Made by a program: the position numbers and the translations under genes
Source: Savitreella phatthalungensis
Taxonomy: Eukaryota
Length of the DNA: 64,000 bases
Assembly: GCA_051599415.1 (NCBI GenBank)
Contig: AP039690.1
Span: forward strand, 1-64,000
Reading direction: 5' to 3'
Notes under the pieces: model-generated
What the model was told of the DNA's origin: nothing
The model's database searches: none
Seen by the model: the letters and a program-made list of their open reading frames with translations, nothing else
Shown here: in pieces, positions 8,398 through 17,425 of the stretch
How the letters are laid out: each line of letters opens with the position of its first letter
Numbering within the stretch: position 1 is the first letter of the stretch

Positions 8398-11238
8398 TCA
8401 TCTCCTCGGCGTCTGAGACCTCCACCCGAGGCCGCCTCGTTTGACGGGTCGCACGACGCTGCTGGTGGTAGATCTTGTGCTGACGACGGGCGATGGTGGG
8501 TTCGCTCTCGGTCTCTCTCCCATTAGCGTGACCTGCTTCGATCTCTCTCTGATCGGCTCGCCTCGCACGGAATAAAATACCGCGCCGTCTTCCGCCAGCC
8601 ATCTCGGATCCACTTCCGTGACAGTGGACATGAAAAGAGCGCTCGTGAGCGTTACCTGATGATAGACGACGTATTCCGGCAGGGAGCCGCACAGGGCGGA
8701 AGTCGGATGCACACACGCAGCCATGCTCGTTCGTAGATTTACGTATTCCGTGACGGATCGCAGTCTCGCGGCTTGGTGAAAGAAGGCCTGACAGATGCGA
8801 CGACGGACCTGGTCGTGTGAGCCAGAGACGATCCGAAGTCCTTGCTTGACGCAGATCTCCTCGAGCTGGCACCGAATGTCGTATGCGCGTCTGAGCGAGC
8901 GTGGCTGCAGGAAGTGGTCCGTCGCCCAGTTATCGGACCGGCCGTGCGATTGCCACTGCTGGTAAACGTAGAGCAATGTGAGATGGTCGCTCGACGGGAC
9001 GGCGAATCGTGAGTGCGCCGTGTCAGCGTCATTTGCCTGCTCGCGCGGACGGTAGAAGACTGGCGGAACGGATAACATGGCAACAATCGTCAGAATCTCT
9101 TCCAGACAGTCCGAGGCGACCACGAGCATTTTTGAGAGGGTCGGCTCCATCGGGAAGACGACGAGCTTGCGACCCAAGGTCGTCAAATCTCCTGCGTCGT
9201 CGAGTGCTCCTAAGACCCATAAATCGTACAGGGCCGACATCAGGGTGTCGTGCGGTGGCGGATCCATGAAATCGAACGTGAGCAGGTCGATCGAGAGGGA
9301 TTTTAGGAGCAGTACTGTGTTGGAGAGGTTCGTCCGCTGTACCTCAGGGATCTGCGCCTCGTACAGATCGCGTCGGAAGGTGCCCTCGGTGTAGAGTCGA
9401 TAAGCGATGCCGGCGGATGTACGACCTGCACGCCCGCTGCGTTGTTGTGCGTTGCTCCTCGCGATCGGCGTGACCTGTAGAGCGTCCATCTGCATCGTGG
9501 GGTTGTAGACTTTGAGCTTGCAGAATCCACTATCGACGACAAAGCGGACACCGTCGAGGGTGAGAGAGGTCTCTGCGATATTGGTGGCCACAATGATCTT
9601 GCGCGCGCTTGACGGCGCAAAGATGCGCTGCTGCAGGTCGCCTGGCAGGGTGGAGAAGATCGGTAGCACGATCAGAGGTGCGACGTCTTCCGGGAGACGC
9701 TCCTCAACGAGCTGGCACACTGCCTCGACATCTTCCTGGCCGGTCATAAAGACAAGGACGTCGCCTGGTCCCTGCGAAAGATGAATGTTCAAAACCTGCT
9801 TGACCGCAGCATCGACATAGTCAGCCACTGATCCGCGCGAGTAGAGTACGTCGACCGGGAACGTCCTGCCGGGAATCTCGAAGCGTGGAGCGCCGCCAAA
9901 AAAGTCGCTAAATCGCTGAGCGTTAAGGGTGGCAGACGTGATGATGAGCTTAAGATCACGACGTCTCCGCAGCACTCCTTTCAGCAGGCCGAGCAGGACA
10001 TCCGTGTTGAGGGCTCGTTCGTGGGCCTCGTCCATGATGACGCAGCTATATTTGTCGAGATCCTTGTCTGCAAGCGCTTCTCTCAGCAATATGCCCTCGG
10101 TGAGATACTTTATCTGTGTCTGAGCCGACGTACGATCCTCGAACCGAATACTGTAGCCGACAAGACCTCCGAGTGAGCAGTTCATCTCCTCGGCGACGCG
10201 CTTGGCCACCGACATGGCTGCGACACGCCTCGGTTGCGTGCACGCGATCATTCCATGTTCCGCATATCCGTCCTCTCGAAGGTATTGCGTCAGCTGGGTA
10301 GTCTTGCCGCTTCCAGTCTCTCCGATGCAGACGATCACCTGGTTGTCCCGAATGCAGGAAAGAAGATCATCACGAACGGCGAATGCAGGCAGAGCTGATC
10401 GATCGATCGATTTCGCAGGGCTCTGTCTAAGCTCCGGCTCATTCTTGGTCGGTCGCTGTGGCTCCGAGACCCCAACCGCTTTGCGAACAGCTCGCTCTCG
10501 CTCCTTGCGCTCCCTCTTCTCCCGCACGATCGCAGACCCACGTCGAGCGGCGATGGCAATGTCGCTCTGAGGATCGAGCACTGCAGAGACGTTTTCCTTC
10601 CGGTGCGCAAACTGCTGTTCCTCCAGAAAAGGTGGCCGAGTCTCTCGTACCACAAGGTGTACCTTGTTTTCTAGCTCATCATCGATGACCAAATTGACGG
10701 AGGCGCGAGTTTGACCGCTTTGACGCAACTGCAGATCTTCCCAACGCTCGTTTGCTGCTTTGCGGGCGGCTTGCTTTGCCGTCAGCTTGATTTCCTCGTC
10801 GTATGTCGTCCCGAACGGATTGTAGCCTTCCTCCACGGTATTCTCCTCCATTGTGTAGAACCGCCTCTCGATGGCCAGCTCCTCGTCGTCCAAGTCGAGC
10901 TCGTCGTTTGCTGGACGGGCAGGTGTCCTTGCTCCGCTCCATGCATCTTGACGGTTGCGTAGATCTTGCCTTAGCTCGGCCGCGCGGCCCTGTCGACGAT
11001 ACTGAAGCCGCAGCCGTGCCTCGTCCGAGAGACCATCGTCTATTCTGCGTCGCTTGTTCTTGCCCCAGAGTCGGTCGACCTGCTCGTCGGAGAATCGCCC
11101 AAAGCTCGATAGGGCTCTCCGGAAGGTCGCGAAATCATGTTGCTGCCGTAGATCTAGCACTCTCTGCACTAGCCTGGTCGTTGCTGAAGGGTTTACCTCA
11201 TTGAGCACGCTCAGAATCTCCTTTCCACCCTCTTCCAT
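8398..11238 (-). CDS. PRP16: Pre-mRNA splicing DEAH-box RNA helicase Prp16
   Basis: GETGSGKTTQ, TQPRRVAAMSVAKRV, DEAHER, SAT and QRSGRAGR motifs; Prp16-type N-terminal region (VHLVVRETRPPFL, DPQSDIAIAARRGS). First ATG at 11238. Confidence 0.92.
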   Translation of the reverse strand: MEEGGKEILSVLNEVNPSATTRLVQRVLDLRQQHDFATFRRALSSFGRFSDEQVDRLWGKNKRRRIDDGLSDEARLRLQYRRQGRAAELRQDLRNRQDAWSGARTPARPANDELDLDDEELAIERRFYTMEENTVEEGYNPFGTTYDEEIKLTAKQAARKAANERWEDLQLRQSGQTRASVNLVIDDELENKVHLVVRETRPPFLEEQQFAHRKENVSAVLDPQSDIAIAARRGSAIVREKRERKERERAVRKAVGVSEPQRPTKNEPELRQSPAKSIDRSALPAFAVRDDLLSCIRDNQVIVCIGETGSGKTTQLTQYLREDGYAEHGMIACTQPRRVAAMSVAKRVAEEMNCSLGGLVGYSIRFEDRTSAQTQIKYLTEGILLREALADKDLDKYSCVIMDEAHERALNTDVLLGLLKGVLRRRRDLKLIITSATLNAQRFSDFFGGAPRFEIPGRTFPVDVLYSRGSVADYVDAAVKQVLNIHLSQGPGDVLVFMTGQEDVEAVCQLVEERLPEDVAPLIVLPIFSTLPGDLQQRIFAPSSARKIIVATNIAETSLTLDGVRFVVDSGFCKLKVYNPTMQMDALQVTPIARSNAQQRSGRAGRTSAGIAYRLYTEGTFRRDLYEAQIPEVQRTNLSNTVLLLKSLSIDLLTFDFMDPPPHDTLMSALYDLWVLGALDDAGDLTTLGRKLVVFPMEPTLSKMLVVASDCLEEILTIVAMLSVPPVFYRPREQANDADTAHSRFAVPSSDHLTLLYVYQQWQSHGRSDNWATDHFLQPRSLRRAYDIRCQLEEICVKQGLRIVSGSHDQVRRRICQAFFHQAARLRSVTEYVNLRTSMAACVHPTSALCGSLPEYVVYHQVTLTSALFMSTVTEVDPRWLAEDGAVFYSVRGEPIRERSKQVTLMGERPRANPPSPVVSTRSTTSSVVRPVKRGGLGWRSQTPRR

Positions 11239-11300
11239 GGTGCGTCTGTTTATTCCCCACAATAATATTTAGATCTATCAGGAACCATGACGACGTCCGT

Positions 11301-13724
11301 ATGCGCGCAGGATTGTTTCGCCCATGTAGCACAACGTTGACCTGCGTGCGCTTCTACGGGACTCGTACAGCGACACTGGTCCAGGGTCTTCAAGATGCTT
11401 TACCCCCCATTGCCCTTCCAGAAGGCTATCCGACTGTGCTTCAGCAGGTGCGCGACAACTGCCAGAAATTCCCCGGGTGCGTCGTCCTCACCAAAGTCGG
11501 CGGCTTCTACGAGTTGTACTTCGAGCAGGCGGAGGCACTGCACCGTGAACTGGGACTACGACGGTCATGGAAGGATACGCGCCTTGGTCCTGTTGCGATG
11601 GCTGGCTTCCCCCACTTCCAGCTCGACCGATACCTCAAAATGCTGGTCGGTGATATGGGAAGAAAAGTTGCGATTAGTGAGGAACGCGAACGTAAGGGTG
11701 CAGATGGCAGACAGCTTGCAGGGAATCTTTTTGATCGGCAAGTGACTCGGATCGTCACCCCGGGAACCTTGTCTAGTCATTTGACAGACGAGCGCTACGG
11801 CTCAGATGGGAATGAATACGTCATGTCGTGTATCGTCAACGGGGACGCGATTGATCTCGCTTGGCTGGACGCAAGTACCGGCGACTTTTACACCGAGACC
11901 GTCACACCGGATGTGCTTGAGGCGACGATCCGACGGATCGATCCTCGCGAAGTAGTCTCCGATATGACGGATATCCCGACGACCGCGCCCATCACCCCTC
12001 GAGCTGGATCGAGCGCTGTTGATCTCCTGCTCGGCCATTTGCATGACACAGCTGGCGATGAGGTCGATCTGTCTAGCTTGACGGCCACGCCTTACTGTGG
12101 ATACGTTCGCCTAGACGCAAACGCAATCTCTGCGCTCGAGTTGAACAAGACGGTGCGCACAGGCTTTTTCACGGGCTCGCTGCTGCATGCGATCCGTCGG
12201 ACTGTGACACAGGCAGGGGCAAGGCTTCTTGCGGAGCGACTGACTGCGCCGCTGTGCTCCGTCGAGGATATCAACGCGAGGCTTGACGTGGTGCAGTTGC
12301 TGGTTGAAGATGAGCCTCTCCGCATGCGCGTTCGTAATCTGCTCCGCGATTCTGGTGACGCGGCGCGAATCGTTCAACGCTTCAGTTTCGGTCGGGGTGA
12401 CGCGGAGGACTTGCTCATCGTGGCAAAGAGCATCGAGACTTCGACAATAGTCGGTGACCTGATCGAGGAGCACCCTGTGCTGGCGACGCTCGGTCGTCCT
12501 CAGCAACTCGACTCCCTGCGCCGCCGGATTACGTCGAGCGTGGACAAGGATGGGATTAGGCGTCGGCACGACGAAGTGACAAGCGATCTGGATCGCCGTC
12601 CGAAGCCGATCGAGCGCGACACGACGTTCGTGATGAAGAAGAACGCCACGACAGCCTTGCGCGAGATGCACACCAGACTGGATGCACAGCTGCAGCAACG
12701 TGGTGAGCTCACGGACCGGCTGAAAGAGAAATACGGCGTGGTGTCGCTACGCACACTTCCCGGAGCCGGCCACGTCGTTCACACGCGTGCTCGAGAGAGC
12801 CCCGCTGACGTACGCGTCGTCTCCTCCACAAAGTCGACGCGCACATTTGTCTTACCGGAGTGGACGGCTCTCGGGTCGGAGATCGAGTCCGAGAGGTCGC
12901 GCATCTTGCAAGAGGAAGCCGCGGCGTTTCGGATGCTCCGCAAGCTTGTGCTGAAATTTGCGCAGGAGATTCGCCTGAATGCACATATCCTGGCCGGGCT
13001 CGACGTGTCATTATGTCTGTCCGAGCTTGCGCTCGATAACGGTTGGACACGTCCATTTCTGAATGACTCGTGTGCAACCTCGATCGTTCTGGGTAGACAT
13101 CCTGTGGCAGAGCGCGCATTGGAACGTAAGGGTTTTCAATTTGTGCCGAATGATCTTGAGCTCGACGGGGACTGTGTGCTGGTGACCGGCCCGAATATGG
13201 GAGGCAAGTCGACTTTCCTCAAGCAGATTTGCCTGATCCACATTCTCGCACAGATGGGATCATACGTTCCTGCGGAGCATGCAACCCTCGGCTGCGTGGA
13301 CGCAATATACAGCCGAATTGGCAGTTCCGACAATCTGTATGAGGATGAGAGCACGTTCATGTGCGAGATGAAGGAGACCGCCGTCATTTTGAAGGGTGCA
13401 ACCCATCGCTCGCTTGTCGTCATGGACGAGGTCGGAAGGGGCACGACTGTCAGAGATGGATTCGCGATCGCTTCAGCAGTGCTTGACGAGTTACGCCACA
13501 GACGCTGTCGATCACTATTTGCAACACATTTTCACGAACTTGCAGATGGCCAAGATGGCCTGCAAAAACTTTGCACCCGACTCGAGAATGTCGATGGAGA
13601 ATGGCATTTTTCACGCAGAATGCAGCCTGGTGTGTGCAAAGATGCTCATGGTCTCGAGTGTGCTCGACTCGCCGGTGTGAGTGAGAAGGTGCTCGAGCAG
13701 GCAGCAAGGGTCATTGCTCGATAG
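11301..13724 (+). CDS. MSH1: Mitochondrial MutS homolog Msh1
   Basis: MutS-I motif VGGFYELYFEQA, MAGFP, TGPNMGGKSTF, STFMCEM, DEVGRGT and FATHFHEL; presequence-like N-terminus. Confidence 0.92.
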   Translation: MRAGLFRPCSTTLTCVRFYGTRTATLVQGLQDALPPIALPEGYPTVLQQVRDNCQKFPGCVVLTKVGGFYELYFEQAEALHRELGLRRSWKDTRLGPVAMAGFPHFQLDRYLKMLVGDMGRKVAISEERERKGADGRQLAGNLFDRQVTRIVTPGTLSSHLTDERYGSDGNEYVMSCIVNGDAIDLAWLDASTGDFYTETVTPDVLEATIRRIDPREVVSDMTDIPTTAPITPRAGSSAVDLLLGHLHDTAGDEVDLSSLTATPYCGYVRLDANAISALELNKTVRTGFFTGSLLHAIRRTVTQAGARLLAERLTAPLCSVEDINARLDVVQLLVEDEPLRMRVRNLLRDSGDAARIVQRFSFGRGDAEDLLIVAKSIETSTIVGDLIEEHPVLATLGRPQQLDSLRRRITSSVDKDGIRRRHDEVTSDLDRRPKPIERDTTFVMKKNATTALREMHTRLDAQLQQRGELTDRLKEKYGVVSLRTLPGAGHVVHTRARESPADVRVVSSTKSTRTFVLPEWTALGSEIESERSRILQEEAAAFRMLRKLVLKFAQEIRLNAHILAGLDVSLCLSELALDNGWTRPFLNDSCATSIVLGRHPVAERALERKGFQFVPNDLELDGDCVLVTGPNMGGKSTFLKQICLIHILAQMGSYVPAEHATLGCVDAIYSRIGSSDNLYEDESTFMCEMKETAVILKGATHRSLVVMDEVGRGTTVRDGFAIASAVLDELRHRRCRSLFATHFHELADGQDGLQKLCTRLENVDGEWHFSRRMQPGVCKDAHGLECARLAGVSEKVLEQAARVIAR

Positions 13725-13781
13725 AGCAAGCAGAAAGGGTAATTGCTCAATTGCTCAATTGCTCGACAGAGCAAAAAGTGT

Positions 13782-13886
13782 AGTCCACGCCCGGGTTTGA
13801 ACCGGGGATCCCCAGATAGCTCCCAGAATAATTTTTAATTTTTTCTGCGCCGGATTCTGATGCGTTAACCACTTCGCTACGTGGAC
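13782..13886 (-). tRNA. tRNA-Arg(CCG) with a 32-nt intron (13818-13849)
   Basis: Acceptor GTCCACG/CGTGGAC, D-arm GCGAAGTGGTTAACGC, anticodon stem TCAGA/TCTGG with CCG, T-arm CCCGG-TTCAAAC-CCGGG, followed by T5. Confidence 0.88.
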
Positions 13887-13990
13887 AATGACGAGCAAGC
13901 TGCAAAAATTTGATACATAAACCTGGACATCATCCTGGAAAACTGACGCTTCGAATCAGAATCCTAGAAATCTGACGCGCCAGCGCCGGT

Positions 13991-14369
13991 CAGACGACGA
14001 GAGTGGGGTCGGACCTCCAGCCTGACCTTCTCTCTTGCTACAGAAACACGTCTACCTCCCTTCTCTCAAGACGCTGCGTATCAGAGAACCGTTGTACGCA
14101 TCCGAGGATGAGACCCTCGTCATTCGGCACTTCCTAATTTGCTTTGGTTTGTGTGTAATCATTGAAGCAGAGCCTCGAGAGAAGGTAGATTGATATGTTC
14201 ATGTAGGTAGAGCACGATTTTCCGAGGGTCCTGGACTGGACAGTACGTCGGGTTGCTCATGCTCGGCTTGAGCGAAGCGCGCGCTCATATGCTTTCCCTC
14301 TACCCATGCTGTGCCGTGCTCAACTCGCCCGACTCCGGTCGTACTTTGTCTGTAAAGTTATTTTTTTTT
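13991..14369 (+). ncRNA. Putative unassigned structured ncRNA (~360 nt) followed by a T9 tract
   Basis: The 5' and 3' ends pair (CAGAC/GTCTG; GGGGTCGG/CCGACTCC) and enclose several nested helices; most G-U pairs favour the + strand; T9 at 14361-14369. Confidence 0.5.
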
Positions 14370-14490
14370 ATAGGAGTTTTGATTCGACTGCATGATGACT
14401 TTTCATTCGGCCAGCTGTGCGTGAAGATCTCGGTGCAGAAAAGTGTGATCGATCACAATATCAGGTACGCATCCCCAAAATCATCCAGCA

Positions 14491-15981
14491 ATGGCCTTGT
14501 GCAGCGCGTTGGCCTTTGTCCCGCGCGGCTATTCGGCCGAGCTGCCTTCTCGATATGATCTGACAGAAGAAGAGTATGGCCGTATAGAGCGCTTGTCTGC
14601 TTTGCAGCTGGTTGGGGCCAAGGCGGACCTCGCACGAGCTGAAAATGGGGATGAGGAAGACGAGGACGAAGCAAAGCCCACGACTGAGGATGATCTAGCC
14701 GAATACAATCTGGCAGACTATGACGATGATGAAGGAGAGCAGATGGGAATATTCAGCAACATCAAAGGCCTGGCTTACCATGCAAAAGGCGAGGACGATC
14801 CATATATCACAATGCGAGATGGTGAGGCAGATGAAGATGACGAGCGCGAGGACTTGCAGATTCTCCCGACGGACGATGTAATACTCGCAGCGCGAACAGA
14901 AGACGATGTGTCTCATCTCGAGGTCTACGTCTACGAAGATGCATCCAGCAACCTTTACGTGCATCACGACATTCTTCTACCCAGCTTCCCGCTCTGCTTG
15001 GAGTGGGTTAATTACAGCCGCGAGGGCGGGTCGAATTTGGCAGCCGTCGGCACTTTTGATCCCGATATCGAGATATGGGACCTCGATGTCGTCGATGGCA
15101 TGTACCCGCGCGCCATCCTCGGCTGTCCTCCAGATAAGAAACGCCGCAAGAAGGCTAATGACTCGTATCATGTCGACGCCGTGCTCGGCATCAGCTCAAA
15201 TCCAAATGCCCGGAATTTACTGGTGACGGCGAGCGCAGACGAAACCCTGAAACTTTGGGATCTAGCGACTGAGCAGTGCGCAAAGTCTTATCGCCGCCAC
15301 GATGACAAATGTTCGGCTGTGCAATGGCATCCGAGGACCGCGACTGTTGTTGCCTCGGGCGGATACGATAAACGGGTGATGATCTCCGATGCACGGGTCC
15401 CCAACGAGCCGACGCACAAATACAAGACGGACGCCGATGTGGAGAATGTCGTGTGGAGTCCGCATGATGATGCCATCTTGTATGCGTCGACTGACGCTGG
15501 AGAGCTATTCTGCTTTGACACACGGCACACCAAAAAGCCTGTCTGGCGGCTTCAGGCACACGACGGTCCTCTGTCAAGCTTCTCAGTTTCAGCTGCAACT
15601 CGTGGCATGCTTGCGACCGGCGGCCAGGACAAGCAGGTGAAGGTGTGGAAGGCGTCGTCGAGCTCGGGTCCAACCTTGGTGAATGCGCGCGACTTGGACA
15701 TTGGCAAGGTCTTCGCTGTGGGTTTCCTACCGGATTCTGGACATCACCTCGCATGCTGCGGCTCGAAGGGCGTTGTTCGTGTCTGGGACACGATGAGCAA
15801 TGGCGCCTGTCGACGAGCATTCACTGGGAAAGACAGCAGCGATGACATCAACCATGAGAAAGAACGGATCGTCGGCCTTGCAGATCGAGACGGCGAAGAC
15901 GATGACGATGACGACGACGATGACGATGATGACGACGACGACGGAGCAGACGAAGTCGACGAGGACACCGAGATGTCGTAA
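14491..15981 (+). CDS. PWP1: Periodic tryptophan protein 1 (WD40, ribosome biogenesis)
   Basis: N-terminal ALAFVPRG, LAEYNLADYDDD, NLYVHHDILLPSFPLCLEW, WD40 repeats and an acidic tail. Confidence 0.93.
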   Translation: MALCSALAFVPRGYSAELPSRYDLTEEEYGRIERLSALQLVGAKADLARAENGDEEDEDEAKPTTEDDLAEYNLADYDDDEGEQMGIFSNIKGLAYHAKGEDDPYITMRDGEADEDDEREDLQILPTDDVILAARTEDDVSHLEVYVYEDASSNLYVHHDILLPSFPLCLEWVNYSREGGSNLAAVGTFDPDIEIWDLDVVDGMYPRAILGCPPDKKRRKKANDSYHVDAVLGISSNPNARNLLVTASADETLKLWDLATEQCAKSYRRHDDKCSAVQWHPRTATVVASGGYDKRVMISDARVPNEPTHKYKTDADVENVVWSPHDDAILYASTDAGELFCFDTRHTKKPVWRLQAHDGPLSSFSVSAATRGMLATGGQDKQVKVWKASSSSGPTLVNARDLDIGKVFAVGFLPDSGHHLACCGSKGVVRVWDTMSNGACRRAFTGKDSSDDINHEKERIVGLADRDGEDDDDDDDDDDDDDDDGADEVDEDTEMS

Positions 15982-15982
15982 T

Positions 15983-16735
15983 TTACATGCCCGCCCATTC
16001 GATCGTGAAGCATCGAACGTCGCCCTCCGGCGCTTTCCCGCCGATCAGCCATGCCTTTTTCACGCCTGTGCCGAGACGACCCCCTGCGACGAGATCCAGC
16101 ATGCTGAAGGATTCTTGCCAAGCATGTGCAGTGCATGTGAAATGCGAATGGTATCTCAATGGATCGCCCGGATAAGCGACAAAGTCACCGCCGAATCGTA
16201 GTCCAGGCGTCATGTAATATCCATTCTCGTGGAGATGTTCAAATAGGTGCAGTCGCGATGTTTCCAAAGGGCTGAAAGTCTCTGCCACTGCGGTGCCAGG
16301 TGTCAAGGTCTCGACTGAGACACTGATCGACAGACTTGCATCCTTTTCGATCTTGTCTATCAGATGGTCGAGACCCTTCTGCCGAAGGACAGCTTTTCGC
16401 GCTTCGAGTGCATGTGTTCTGGCGGACCGTGCCTTTCGTAGATTCTTCTCGTCTCGCAATGCAAGAGCCCTATCCAGGGCTGAATCTGTGGTTTCTGTGT
16501 GAATACGGCGCTGTCTGGTCAGCTCATCGACAACTCTGGCATGGCCTCTCTTCACTAAGAAGGACACCTCTTCCGGCTGCAGCAAGAGAGGCAGGCCCAG
16601 GAAGAGAGATTGCTGTGGAATCTGTGGCAGTGTGCCGACGACCATGCCGCAAATGTGATGGCGCTCTCGGAGTTCTCTGACATGCCGTATATCGAACACG
16701 AGGTACCGCTCGCCTGCGCGCGAGATATCAATCAT
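15983..16735 (-). CDS. SEN34: tRNA splicing endonuclease catalytic subunit Sen34
   Basis: GTLPQIPQQSLFLGLPL, GLRFGGDFVAYPGDPLRYHSHF and GRLGTGVKKA (Y/H/K catalytic triad). Confidence 0.93.
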   Translation of the reverse strand: MIDISRAGERYLVFDIRHVRELRERHHICGMVVGTLPQIPQQSLFLGLPLLLQPEEVSFLVKRGHARVVDELTRQRRIHTETTDSALDRALALRDEKNLRKARSARTHALEARKAVLRQKGLDHLIDKIEKDASLSISVSVETLTPGTAVAETFSPLETSRLHLFEHLHENGYYMTPGLRFGGDFVAYPGDPLRYHSHFTCTAHAWQESFSMLDLVAGGRLGTGVKKAWLIGGKAPEGDVRCFTIEWAGM

Positions 16736-17252
16736 GGGTCACTCTTGGATCATGTACATCGGAAGGATCACTTCTGTAGTACCACGTACATATTATCCTG
16801 ATATTCTGTATGTGATGATGCACTCGACTCGGACAAAAACTGTAAATCAGAGCACACGAAATTGATCAATCCCTCGAGCAAGTGTCTAATGCATGGAGCC
16901 ATTCAATGGAACTACAGGTCGCAGCCCGCACAACCATCAGCCTCATTGACGAGTGCAAAACACTGTCTGAGAGCATGAGCTCTGCTCGAACGCTTGATCC
17001 TCGCGATGCACATCAGCCATGGGCTCAACAAACCTTTTCCAATTGATCAACCCTTTGCAAGAAGTGGATCTCGGCCATCGCAGACACGTCGAGCTCGGAA
17101 TGATCTCTAATCGACTACGGCTGATATGACCTGTCACATGAGGGCAGGTCATAATTCGTCGCAGGCAGGTCTCGCCCGTGCACGGCCAGCCGTCGACGCG
17201 ACCAGATTGAGCGGACGTTCTGAGCTGGCGCGCGCTGCTTCGTCTCTCGGAA

Positions 17253-17360
17253 TATAAAAATTAACGACCGCATGGACCATGCGTGATCCACGCGATTGAA
17301 TTTGAATTTATGACGTCAAATGACCTTATCTCAGCTCGTCGGGTATCAGCTCGTCGGGTA
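17253..17360 (+). promoter_or_regulatory. Candidate promoter elements of the MFS gene: TATA box, CRE palindrome and a 15-bp tandem duplication
   Basis: TATAAAAA at 17253-17260; TGACGTCA at 17311-17318; TCAGCTCGTCGGGTA twice at 17331-17360. Confidence 0.45.
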
Positions 17361-17425
17361 CACATGCCTCAAAAAGCTTATTTGAAAGGCCGTCGGCCGG
17401 CGCTTCGTCGTCGCCAGTAAAGGTC

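Noticed and set aside
13695..13775. Degenerate duplications around the MSH1 stop (ATTGCTC repeats)
   Set aside because: Short slippage-type repeats between two convergent 3' ends; no evidence of function.
13991..14369. Identification of the structured RNA candidate as telomerase RNA
   Set aside because: No CTAACCCT/TAACCCTA template on either strand; the AGACCCT match to the telomere irregularity at ~81 is only 7 nt and likely chance.
14465..14488. Possible 5' UTR intron of PWP1 (CAG|GTACGC...CCAG)
   Set aside because: It is only ~24 nt long and has no branch-point consensus.
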